The notes under the pieces: model-generated
Told to the model about the DNA's origin: nothing
Database searches by the model: none
Seen by the model: only the letters and a program-made list of their open reading frames with translations
Program-made: the position numbers and the translations under genes
Shown here: positions 25,761 to 38,000 of the stretch, one piece after another
Layout of the letters: every line of letters begins with the position of its first letter
Numbering within the stretch: the first letter of the stretch is position 1
Source: Raillietiella orientalis
Taxonomy: Eukaryota
Assembly (NCBI GenBank): GCA_036172245.1
Contig: JAYWIR010000023.1
Location: 1,426,001 to 1,490,000, forward strand
Direction: 5' to 3'
DNA length: 64,000 bases

Positions 25761-27619
25761 AAGCGAGGTACCCAGGAAGTTCCTGGTGCAGTAACAGGGA
25801 CGCTTCGCGTGGATTTGCGGCTGGTGTCCGGGTCTTTTGTTTCCTTTTTTGAACCGGGCATCGTCTTTTTCCCCCTTAGAAAAAAGGGGGAGATGGGAGG
25901 GGAGGCGAACCTTTGGACGCGCGGCGTCACTGAGGACCAAACTGCGGATGAAATATTCCGCGGAAGGGAGTTCTAGAAATTTCTGTGATGCAGGTGCTTG
26001 TGGTCCATCGGAGCTCTTTCTGTCTCGGAGAGCAAAAACGGGTAGAGGGGCCCTTGGCAACATCGATGACGGTGGATGGATGGCGATAATGGGCACCCTT
26101 CGACCACCACTTGGCTGGGACAGTGAAGAGGTTAGACGCGGGTCGGCGGTGCTGGCACTGTAAGGGGCGACGCTGACGAAGAAGGCTCTTGTGACCGTGA
26201 GCTCGCATCCCGACGCTTGTTCTACCGTACATGGGACGCGCACCCCTGCTGCTGTCCACGCGCGCGCGCGCTTTTGTTCTCCCACGGTGTCGCAAGCACA
26301 ACTGCCGCTGGCGCTTGCGTGAGCGGGAGAAAGGAGAGCCGAGGGAATAAGCGAGCTGGTCCGGATCGGCGCGCACACCTCAGCTCCGATGATTATCAGG
26401 GCAGGGACGATAGGGCCGCACTTGAAAGGGCGGGCGAGAAAGGATGGCTGCCTCCGTTGGCGAGGGATCCAAGGGTCACGACTCGCCTTGTGGCGGGGTG
26501 GGCGGGACAAGCGATTGGGGCTCTACCGAAATGCCCCGCCTCTCTCGCGCGCGCTCGGGCGGCAGCTCGCATCAGCGAACGGATGGTGGCAGCACGTTTT
26601 CAGGCGCGGAGCAGCGGAGGTCATAGCGTTCGGTGGGGCCGTGCAGCAGCGGTCCCCAAGCTATGGACCCGCTGATCCTGGCTTCCTTGAAGGAATGGCG
26701 CAAAGTGCCCTTCCCGAGCGAGGAGCCAGCAGGCGACGCCTCCGTCCTCTCTCCCGAAGCATTCCGGGTTCTCCGATGGCGAAGAGTGGAATGAGAAAAG
26801 GAGTCTCGGAGTGTGATTCCGGAACGGGATGCTGCAAGCGGAAGATCAGCTCAGGACCCGGGGGCTGCTGTGGAGGAATGGGCAAAATGGGCGACTGTCG
26901 CAGCCTTGGAGAGCTGCGTTCGAAGAGCTGGGCGCAGTCCTTTGCTCCGGCACGTGGGCGCGGTCACATGGGGTGGGAGACAGGATTCCCGACTTCCAAG
27001 GCCGGTGGCAGGGAAAGAGGAGGAAGAGACCATTCGGGCGCCTGCAAAAAATGCTGGCGCTCGTGGAGAACGTTCCTCGGCGGTCCTTCCAGCAGTCCGG
27101 ATAGAAAAAGAAAAGAAAAAAAAGGGAAAAACTATCAGCAACCGGGTGCAGGAAGAAAGCCTCTGCGCGCACTTCTGGAAGAATCGTCGCCGAATTCGTT
27201 TCGAAATCGGTGTTGTGCGAAATCACCTCTTGAGGAGCTTCCGCAGATCCCGGTTGCCGCGCTCCGCTGCTGGAGATCCCGCCAGGCCGGCGCTAGAGTA
27301 GTCCCTGACCCGGTTCCTTCGATCCGGAGAAAAGTGAGGAAGCTGGGAGTTGGCCATGGAGCAGGAGGAGCGAGATCGGGCAGTGCCTCTCCAGCGGGGC
27401 TCGGTGCAACAGCTCTTTGCCCGTCTCCCCTATTTTTCACGAGTCCTGCGCCTTTGCGCTCGCCCGCGACGGATGCACCCGAGCGTTTCCTCCTCCCTCG
27501 CGCAACTTCCTTCTCCGGCCGAAAGCAGCGGCGGCGGCAGATGGAGGGGCGGCGAGCTCCTTGCTTAAGGATCTCTCAGCAGCTGCCTCGCCAGTGGCGC
27601 ACTGCAGAAAGGGGGTGTG

Positions 27620-29250
27620 AGTGCTGGCTTGCATCCTCAAGGCCACAGCCCTGGGGATGCACTCGTCGTGGAACGAGGACGCTTTGTTTGAATCCCGGAA
27701 ATGCCCCTCCGGGTTTTCGGGATTGCCAAGGAGCGCAAGAGGATCCCGCAGACTAAATCCGGTGGCGTTTCAAGCGCAAGAACTGAATGCCTTAAGGCTC
27801 TGGACCGGTTGCATCCCTATGGGTGAATCCATGATTGCAAGGGAGGACGGAACGCGGGAGAAAGAGATGGATCATCTACGGAAAGTGATGACTGGCGCGG
27901 AAGACGACCGGGAAGAAACCGGCGTGTTCCCGGAAGCGCACTCCGGCTTCCACGGAATCGGGCGTAATTCTGCCGTCCTCTCACCCCCCGCGCGCATGCG
28001 TTGGTCATCCGGGTACGAAGTGCGCATGCACCATGGAAACCGCTTGTCCATCCGAAACCGTGAAAACAGGAAGCTCCTTGCTGACTCGCTCCAGGAAAGT
28101 GGGTGCGCGAAGATTCGGGAAGGAAGCCGAGGCGTCGCGTGATGGATTCCGTGAACACTCCGGAGCAGTGCGGGAAGGATCTTGGGGAACCTCTGGAACG
28201 GAGTAAACGGGATGCTGCTGCTTGCTGCTGGACCCGCGCTCCGAGCTCGCCGGTTCTGCTGGCACACCCGCAAAGGTTCTTCCCGCCCGTTAGCTCGGAC
28301 TCGTGGAAGTGCTTCCTGGGAGATCTGCTTCTCAAGCAGCAGTGTCCCTAAACATAGCGGCCTTCTGGGTGGCGGTTTAGCGACCCCCTCAGCTTGCTTC
28401 TTTCGGGAGAGGAAAGTGCGACGTGCTTTCTGGAAGGTTCGTTCGTTTGCATTTTCCCCCTCAGCTCCTTTCTTTCTGCGTTTTCCGACGCGTTCCTCTG
28501 GCTCTGCTTCCCCTCGCCTTCCCTTCCAGTGGACACCCTATCGGGTTTCCGGACATCAGTTGGGACGTGCGCCGAGGGGAAGACTTTATGTGCAGCATCC
28601 CTCCGTCCTTTCTTGCATCGTCTTTCCGTCGATGTTTCCTGGAACTTGATGTCTCTGAGGTGGCGGTGGCACCCGATCCTCACCTCCGTCGATGGCGACC
28701 CTTCTCGGGCACTGTGTGCTCCGCGGGAGCGAAACCTCCGCAGGATGGTCCTCGGGATCGTCTCAGGAGGAAGGAACTCTCCAAGATGGTGACTCTGCGA
28801 AGGCGAGACAGGGATGGTGACTTCTCGCTAACATGTGAGGGAGTGGCTTCTCAAGCGCGCAAGGGGTGACGCGCCGTGTCCCTTCCTCCCTTTACATGCT
28901 CCCGTTGTTCTTGGTCCCCGAAGGCGACATTTTCCAGGGACGGAGCAGAGGGAGGAGGAAGTGGTAGGAGAGAGAGGTTCCGAGTTCTTCAGGATGATGT
29001 TCGACTCGCTCAGGAGCGTGCTCTTCTCTTGAATCTGGTCTCGATGCCCCACCGTCCCAGAGATGCTGACTGCTCAGTCATCTTCCGGGATCCGGACTCG
29101 GCGACGAAGGTCGCGAATCGTAAGAGGAGGAAATCAGATGAGAATCGATCAGCATCTCTGAAGGTTGTTTCTCTCCCTCCCGGTGGTGGGGTCGCTTTTG
29201 GAACTTCGAGCGACCCTCTCCTCGGGGCCCTGAGCGCAAGTTCTGGAATG
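27620..29250 (+). mobile_element. hAT (ZMYM1/P52rIPK-like) transposase relic
   Basis: 'HSSWNEDALF..RKC' (TTF finger-like), 'RENRKLLADS', 'RDRDGDFSLTCEGVAS...FTCSRC' (cf. GQ.YDG..M.G..GV...HC..H), 'EFFRMMFD' and 'SLKVVS' are collinear. Confidence 0.5.
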
Positions 29251-29949
29251 TGAGGGAATTTTCGCGCGGCGGTGGCTGTAGAGTTTTTTTACGCGGCCGC
29301 CCCCCTTTTGCGACGTCGTGGGCGACCTGATTGCTGCGCCCTCTATCCACTGTGATCCTCTTGGCCGCACGTGCATGCAGTTTTGCCCCTGTGAAGACTG
29401 CGAATTTCCACAGTCTCCATTCCAATCTCTTCGCAACATAGCATGCTTCTTCTTCCGTGAAACCTTCGCAGACTTCTAGACAGGCAGCACAGCGGACCTC
29501 GGTCTACTGTAAGTCCTTTCATCGCGTGTTCTGACTCCGAAGATTATTTCTCATGTCATGGATTCTTCCTCTCTGTCCCTCATCTCCCTAGGCATGCCCC
29601 CGAAATCTGAGCAGACTTGCTCTCTTTGCTTGTGATGATGCTCCAGTTGCTCCCAGGTTTTTGGTAACGCACCATTGAGAGGCTCTCGTCTGTTGTCAGT
29701 CGGAACTTTCCATGTCCAGCAGCTATTGCTTGGCTTCGACCTCCCTTCCCCCCCATCCCTTTCCCTCACGTCGAATGTCGTTCTGGGCCGCTGATTCCTT
29801 GGTAGCGAAGCGACCGCAAAACAATCACGGAGGGAAAAGCACTGGATTCCTTGCCGCCTCTGCCTTCCCCGATAGTTCCGCTGTTTGTTGATCTTCAGCT
29901 CCTACAGGCAACAGCGACACATCACTACATTGTGGTCACTTCGAAGCAC

Positions 29950-31600
29950 AGAACTGCAGGTTGCCTCATGGACACTTCAGGCGCGTACAGTCGGAAGAGT
30001 TCTTAGTTCCTGAGGCTCCTCCTCTAAAAATTTTCAATCCTGGGTTTAGCCTCCAACGCAAGAGCGATCATCTTCTCGATGATTCTGGATGCATCCGCCC
30101 TGTACCCGTTGTTGACAGGGAATTTCGTGTTTGTTTGTTTTTTATTAGCCTGAGGCAGAATTGGTATCTGTACTTATGTGTGGGTATGCCTGTTGTGTAC
30201 ACATTTACAAAATCTGTGTAAAGTTGGTGCGTACATATGTATAGAAATTGCTTACATTTCGGTGACGTTCTACAGCACATTTCGGAGAGAGGCTGGATTT
30301 GTGATCTTAGTTTCCAGAACGCATCCATCATCCGTCCGAAATTCCATCACCTATTCCGCATTTCATTTTTATTCGGTACGGCGCATCATCTCTGATGATA
30401 AACATCTGGTCCAATTGTAAAAGCACACCGTTGTACTCCTTTTCCCTCCGATGCTTGGTTCGATGGTTGTTTTTCTCTGAGGTTTATAAGATTTTTCCAT
30501 GTAGTGAGGGATAGTAGAGAGAAAGCGTGGGAAGTAGATCAGATATCGTAGACAGAATGATGGAACAATGGAGAGAAAGGTCTCTGACGGATGCTCACCG
30601 ATGCAATGATCAAACGCGACAGCTGTCTTCCCGGAACGTTCATCGTCCCCAAGGAAGCTGCCTGGCTGCTGCGGCTCCCGTAGACCCGGAACAGTGGTTG
30701 GTTGCCGCTGCAAAGTGTCCTGCCGTTCCCTTTGAGCGTGTGGAAGCTGTTCCATCGGTGCTTCCTGAACCCCTCCTGGTTTGCCGGGGTTTCGACTTGC
30801 TTGCTTACGCAGCTTGTCTTCCAGTTTCCTGTATCGTTTCCGAACCCTGTTCCCTGATTGGCCTCGTCCCTCTGTGTGGACCTCCACAGCTTCCCCGTCT
30901 CTTTACCCGTCCCACCGCTCCTTGCTCCTTTGTCCCAAACGAATTTTCTCCTCGACGTCATTCGCCAATCGCGTCTTTCTGAGTCTCGCGGTTCGCACCA
31001 ATGCGCTTTCTCGTCTCTTAATGTTGGTTTACGCGCGTCAACGTTGCGCGGCTATCAGGACGTGCCACGCTCAGCTTGACGACAGAAGAGCTGGCTGGGT
31101 AGGCGAGGGGCGCACATGCGAAAGGTTGGCTGTTTCGGATGGGCACGGCTTTTTCCCAACTGGCCGTTTTTGGATGGGATGGCCCTCTTCGAAGGTCGTC
31201 CGGGGTGTGAGAGACGCGGAACATGCCTTTGGAATGAATACAAAACTCCAGGGGAAGCACCGCAGTTCGCGATCGGAGCGCCGCGGGCGGATCAGCTCCG
31301 AAGCTTTCCGCTCTGGGGTTTCCAAGGTGTGGCAACGTCCTACGGCAGCTCTTCAGAACCATCGACATCCGTTGTGCTTTGCGCACATTCCGCCCCGGGG
31401 TACCTGTCTTGTGCGGGAAAACAAATTGCAACGGTCAAATGGATTACTTGCATGTTTCGATGCCGAGCCAACCAGTTTCGAGCAAGATCGGCCGGCGACG
31501 GTGCATCCCTTCTGGACCGAACCGGCCGACGGAATCGCGCCCTCCAGCATCCGCATCCTCCTGTTTTGTTCCCGTCGCAGCTTCTGCGTCCTCTGGAGTT
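29950..31600 (-). mobile_element. P-element/THAP9-like transposase relic
   Basis: Collinear motifs: 'RMLEGAIPS' (THAP AVP box), 'HSKGMF...PSHPKT.SW', 'DWRMTSRRKFVWD' (cf. DEM.IRK...WD), 'GNWKT', 'TIPHYMEK' (cf. D.PHL.K), 'FWKLRSQIQPLS' and 'RLNPGLKIFRGG' (cf. RLNQD.LE..F...GG). Confidence 0.6.
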
Positions 31601-31876
31601 TCTTCAGAAGCGGGAGAGAGGGTGATCCTGAGCGCTTTGTCCTTGCTGCGACGACCCAGAGAGGAGGAGGAGGAGGAAAAGGAAGGGGAGAGGGGGGGAG
31701 AGGGGATTCTCGGAACCGTGGCGCGCTAAAGCAGTGCTTTCGCTCGCGCAGGGAAGAGGGACTGAAGAAGTCCTGAACTTCCACCCTTCCCTCGTTGCTG
31801 CCGCCGTCTCGCAGCTTCCCCCAAACCCATCCAGCTAAAGTACCGAATGATGCAAGTGTATTTCCTGTTGTGCTAG

Positions 31877-32016
31877 AAATCAAAAAGAAGAAGGACAGCG
31901 CTGAGCAGGTCGTATAAGATGTCCGAAGATGATGCTCTGGGGTCTTCGGATTTCAACGACGCTCCCGAGGGATACGAGTCCTACATCTCTGATCTGTATT
32001 CACAGCAGATGACAAG
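31877..32016 (+). CDS. Met: Met-like exon carrying the putative start codon (ATG 31919); acidic N-terminus
   Basis: Acceptor tttcctgttgtgctag at 31876 and donor AG|gtaaat at 32017. The 98 coding nt end in phase 2, exactly what the bHLH exon needs (AG|T = Ser). The peptide itself has no recognisable homology, so assignment rests on phase and splice signals. Confidence 0.7.
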
Positions 32017-35000
32017 GTAAATCCCATCCTTTTTTTTTTTTTCTTCTTCTCCCCCCCCCCCTTCTGTTCGTTCTCCCTCTCTCCCGAAGGAGGTGATGCG
32101 CGACGGCGGGTCCTTTCGTGCCCACCTCCTTCCGGGCCGGGTAAGAGTAAGAGAGTAGGGAAAGACAGTAGGATCGGTACCTTTTCTCCGCTCTCCTCTC
32201 CTCCTTCGACGGCAACAACGTCTTCAACGTGGGAGACCGGGAGCAAACCTCCCGGACCCGACAGGGAGGGATGGAGAAGGGCATAAGGGGAAGAGAAGGG
32301 AGGCTGGGAACTAAGCGGATCGTTGATCTGTCGTTGACGGCTGAAGGGGCGGCGCAGCTCGGAGGGGGAGGGAACGTTGCTCAGAGCAGATGCGGGGACG
32401 TTGGCTGCCGTCTGACAGGAGGGAGGGGTTAAGGGGCAGGCGGTCAGTTCCTCCGGAATCGTCTCGTTGTTGCTCTCTTCCTTCCTCTCGGATTGTCTCC
32501 AGCGGCTAGTGAGCTCTCTGCTTGCTCTTCGGTTGGAGCTCCTTTCCTCGAGATGTTTCCAGCGATGATCGTTCTTCCCCATGAATGCCCTGCCGGAGGT
32601 TGGATGACCAGTCTTTTCGAGGCCATCGCCCGAATCCTGGAGGAGGAAAAACTCGCATCGCCCTACCATTTTTTCCCTCGTTCTTCTCTTCCTACTCCCT
32701 TCCCCAATCCTCAAGAGAGCAGCTGGCATTCCATGCAGCGCCTTCCGCCTTCCCGCGACTTCGGAGCTCTGCGAAAGGCGCCGACGAATCCCCGGCGATT
32801 GAAGAAACGTCGAAAATGTGATTGCCGCGGATGTTGGGCAGGACGCGTCTCCTGTGACTCCCAGAGAGACACGGGTGCTTCGCTGCTTGGACCGAACCGA
32901 CTTTTCCAGGGAAAGAGGGGAGTTGTACCCCTGCTGGTCGGGGTCCGAAGCGTTGCTTCTTTGAGAACGCGCACGCGCTAGAAGACGAGAAGGCTCTCCT
33001 TTTGCTGCTCTGCTCCTTCGTGGACTTCTGTGAGAATCCTCGGTCCTCTGAAACCTTATTTCCCATCTGCCGCGCAGTGATAGAGTGAGTGAGGATGCTT
33101 CCTGCGCAGCTCACGCGGCTGCACTGTGATCTTGTCCTCTTCTTGTCCTTTGCTGCAGAGTCTAGTGCGGCTCGTCGGGACGCCAGCTGACTGGCCAAGG
33201 AAACCTGATAGCTATGCTCAAGAAATACCTCAGCAGCAGGCATCTACGTTGGTGTTCTGCCTCCTCCCTGCTGGAAGTACGTTTTCACCTCGGTGCGCTT
33301 TCTCACTGGGCTGACATGCCCGTGAACTGCGTCTCCCCCAGCATCAGCGTTCCTCACGACCGGATCCTCTCCGCTGTATCATCGACACCGTGCGGTTTAT
33401 CGCGGATTCTCTCTCTGCCCTGGCAGTCCTCGGATGAATTGTTTCCCAGTTGATGATCTCCTCGCGGATGAAGTTCGAAGTTCGATCCGGCGCGCATCCA
33501 GTTCCAGAGGGGTTCAGGAGTGTGTGACTCTTCAGAGATGCCATGAATTTGGGCCCTGGTCGTCGCTCTCACAGCAACCTTCGAAAGATCGATACCAAGG
33601 ACCAGGAGCGCTTCGAGCACGGAGTTTTCGAAACGGCACTCTCTACTCTCCTCTCGGACCACTTGCGTTTCTTCCCAACAGATCTCTCGATCTTCACTTC
33701 CGAGCCAGCACTTGCTCTGGAGCCTGGAAAGTTAACTCTGCTCCTTGGAATCATACTTCATCAGGATCTTTGATATAGCGTGATTATCACGAAACTCTGG
33801 TCCTTGAAGGTCCATTAGAATGGCTTTTTGTATTTGAAGACGGAGAAGTTTGAAAGGTTACTAGGCATCGCGGTGCTGAGCATCCTCGTGCGCCTCTTGA
33901 GAAGAATTCTCAAGGCAGATTTACGACTAGTGCAAACAGAGTGGGGATGGAGCGCCATGGTTGGAAATAGCTGGAAGGTGATGAGAAGCGTGAAGATCTG
34001 GAGGAACTGTGCAATCGTCAGCACGCTTTATTTTAATCCGAGGAGCGACTGAAGAAGTGCTGCTCGAGATCGATAAAAAGTCGATAGGGAGGCGAAGAAA
34101 TCTTCCATCATCTTCCTGTTTTTTTCCTCTGTCCGACCACGCAGCTTCCTGTCTTTCGCCGAGGAGAAAATGTTTCCTGATCGCGATGATGCGTTAATGA
34201 GTTATAGGGAATGGCGCCTACAAACTATGCGGATGGCGGGATCTCCCGTTTTAATTGGGAGGAGCGGGCCGAAGACTCCGATGCAGAGTGGTGACAAGAA
34301 TTCTCCAGATGGGAAAGCTTGATTTTTTTGCTGAGGAAATGTTGATTGATTAGTCTTATTGGACATCTTTAGCATGCTTGAGGTACGCTTGGAGCGATGA
34401 TCAAGGACGCTTCATCTCGTCCTATCCAGACAGGGCCGAAAAAAGAGATCTGCAATGACCGAACGCGCTGCTGGGCGATGGAGAAAACGCGCGCACTGGG
34501 GAGAGCGAGGCAATCCCTGGAATTTCTTGAGGTGCACCCTTCTTCCCCAAGTCTCGGAGGAGAGGCACGCTCCTCGATCAGGATCCTCGAGGGAAGCGGG
34601 ATGCGCTTGGAAGATTTCCTTTCTGGAGTCACCATCTCTCACGCCGGACACATACGGATCTGGAGACAGGGCAGTGGGACTCGGAATCTCGGGACTCGCC
34701 CTGAGGCTGCTGCTCCCACGATCGCACATCTATCATGGCTGCCTTCCTCCCACGACGGTCGAGCGCGCCTTTCCCTCTGACCAGTCTCGTCCGTTGTACG
34801 TGGCAATCCCGTGCTGCAGTATCCCCAGGCTCCATTCAGCGACTCGATCGTTCTCTGCGGCTATTAGGCCGCGCGTGGGACCTGACCTCTCCTCCCCCCG
34901 CACCCCGATCAGCTGCTGGCTGCTTCTCTCAGGTGACTCTGCGGGAACGTCGTGGACCGCAAGGCTTCGAGGAACGAATTTCCTCGTTCGAGGGCATCCT

Positions 35001-38000
35001 TCTGTCGCCGCGATATCTCGTTCCCTCTTATCTTCCTCGGTTTCCCGCAATATTCTTCACATGCTAAGATATTCGGCTGTTTGTCGATAATGAAGTGCTG
35101 CGAACACTTTGTAGCAGTTTGCGTGCGGCGGCACGTGATGTCCCCGGCGGAAGATCCAACCCGCAAACTTCGTTCAATCGCGAATTCTGCTTATCTGGGC
35201 AACAGATCGCTTTTGCATCCTGGCGGAATTATGCAGCTAATTTATCTCGTGGTAATCCCAGGATTAAAGTGCCATTGTGAGAAGACCTTGAGGAATTGAT
35301 ACAACGTTTGGAAGATCCTCTGATCCCTGGAGATGCTTCAAATTCTTTCAGACTGTGAGCATCTCGAGCGGATGAATGCTCGGATGCACCTGAAAGTAAA
35401 AAAAAAAAAAGAAGGAAAAGAAGAAGAAAAAGGAAAAGAAGAAAGTGCGGAGGTTACTTTATAAGCTTGAGAATATCTCATCCTCGGAAGACTCCGTTGT
35501 GACCTCCGTCTGTGAAGTCCGCCGTCAGCCACGGAGCCATCAGACGAAGGAATGAGGTCCTGTGGGATTCTCGCGAACTTTTGACATGGAGGAGAGCGAT
35601 CGCTGAAGCTAAAAACTCTGCCCTCACCTGGAACTCCGTTCCGGATGCTCAGCGTTCCGTTAAGCACATACGGGGGGGGGGGACTTTGCCAGTGGCATCA
35701 GAAGAAGAGGTCGTTTCTGCTCGGTGAGCACCCAGCATCCCTCTTTGGTCTCCAGTTATCCGAAGGCGGGCGTTGAGAGGCATTCCGGTGAACGCCGTCT
35801 CCGATTATGTAGCGAACCTCGGTCGAGGTCAGTTTCCCTCTGGTTGTCCCAAACGTGCGGTATTTTTGTTCACAGTTGGTTCCTCAACGTGCATGTCGCT
35901 GGTAGGGTGTGAACCGAGCGACGGGAGAGAGAAAGAGGGAGGATTGGGGGTAAGAGATTTTCGACCATTACCGCAGCTTGGTTCACCCTATCCACTTGGT
36001 ACTCAAAAAGAGACCGCTGCTGCTAACCTCACCCTGTGCTCTCAGCACACTTCGCGGGATCGTTGGGTGCTGTTGATGGAACAGCATTGTGGACCGTTCC
36101 GATCTTGGCCGTCCAAGAAAGGAAGTTTTCATGGACAGCTTCACCAGCATTTCGGTTTCGTGGTGGAGTGGCGCGCACCTGCTCCTAGTGCGTGACTGGG
36201 GTGCCACGTTCGCAGTCCCACTAGTCCAGCGAGTGGAATTCCACCTCCTCCGAAGTGCGATGGCTCGTCAAGGAGTTTCGGGAAATAGCTACAGTCCTTC
36301 CTGATCTCCACTTCCTGATGATTGGGTGTTCCGCCCCACCCTCAACAGCCCAACTTCGCAGCGTGAAAGAGGGGTAACCAACGCTCGCTTTTCTTGCAAT
36401 CTTCAGAACCAACAGTCGATGCGCAGAAGCTGCGTCCCCTTCTTCCATGCAGAGAAACCTTACGGCAAAGAGTAAGAGAGAAAAGAATGGCGAACCCTCT
36501 GTTGACCCCTCCCCGTGCTTTCTTGCCGGGCTTCCTCGAGTGACCAGACCAGTTCGGAAGTGATTCCTCTCTGGCGAGTCTGCGTGCGTTCGACCGAGCT
36601 CTCCTTCCGATTCGAAACGGCTTTGTGGCCCTACTACCCCACTCCGCACGTGTTGCTGGTGTCTCTTCGGATGCGGGAGCACGGCGCGCGCACTCCACAG
36701 CGAGCAAAAGTGTAGATCCGTGCATCCTCCAGCAGCGGTTTCGCCATTTGTTGATGGGTTTGTGCGACGGGCTCGAACGCGATCCGTCTCTCAAAAGACG
36801 GACGCGGAACGCTCTGCGATCTGGCGGACACGTTCATCGGATCGCATTCGCCTCTAAGGATGGTGATCGAGGGGAAGCCCGTGCACCATCTGCATAGGTG
36901 CACGCGCGTCGATAAAGAAAAAAGGATGGAGGATCGTTTTACCTGGAGGAAGGAGGTGAAGAGATCAATCACTCAGACGGAGGAGCATTCGAGCCGCGAA
37001 AGCGTGGGTTCGGAAATCCTTCCAGGTCCCAGTTTTCTCTCGTCTTTCGGAATGTTCCACGGGCGACGTTGCGGTTCCACGCTTGCGGTTCAGGTTGCAT
37101 GGGTCGTCCTGAGCGCGTCGGGTCCCCTGAAGCCACGTTGCCGAGAAGCACGAGAAGAACCGAATTTCTCTTATCTTTCAGTTCTACCAAAGAAATGAGA
37201 GTGAGGGCGGAGAAGAAAAGGAGAGACAGGATGAAGAAGAGCATCGACTTGATCGGAAACATCCTCCCGAACGTCAAGCGAGCGCCCAAGAGGCCCGATA
37301 AGATCTCCATCCTGAGACTCGCGGCGAATTACATCATGCTGCACCAGAGTGAGTAGACGCCGCAGCCTCTTCACCTCAGCGCTCTCTCAGCCCGGAAGAT
37401 CTTGAATGCGTTCCAGCTGCTAGCTGGGGGTTCCGGCGTCGCTCACCCGGTTCGGTTCCGAGCAAACGGATGACGATTTCTCTTAGAGCGCTTCTTCACA
37501 CGAAACACGCAGAATCCTCAGACCTTCGCGCCAAATCACTGGGCCGCACAAGGCAGTGCTCGGTGGGATCTCCTCGATGCTTCCTGTGGGATCAGACGCG
37601 AAGTGTGGGGAGAAGATCCTGGGAGGTGGGGGTAACTCCGCCGTTGAATCACCAGTCGATACAGAGGCTCGCAGCAACTGCCCTCACGTCGAATAAGCAT
37701 TGCAGATGTTTAAAAGACTTCTCGTCGGCGCAAGGTCTGCCTTTGTAGCCGTTCCTTGCCTTCTAGGTCTCCGTGCCGTCCAGGATTTCCTGTCACGACT
37801 TTCCTCTTTACCAGGGGGCACCCCAGTAGACCATCTCCTGACGCGGCTCAGCAGCCCTCCTTTCATCTCTTTCGAAACTTAACTCTTGAACTGCTTCCCG
37901 TGCCCGCGTTCGAGCTTCGGGGAGCGTCTGGTGTCTTCTCTAGCGATCCGCGCGATTCACGGCGCCAACGCGCGAGGTGATGCGCTGTTGGTGGTCCACG

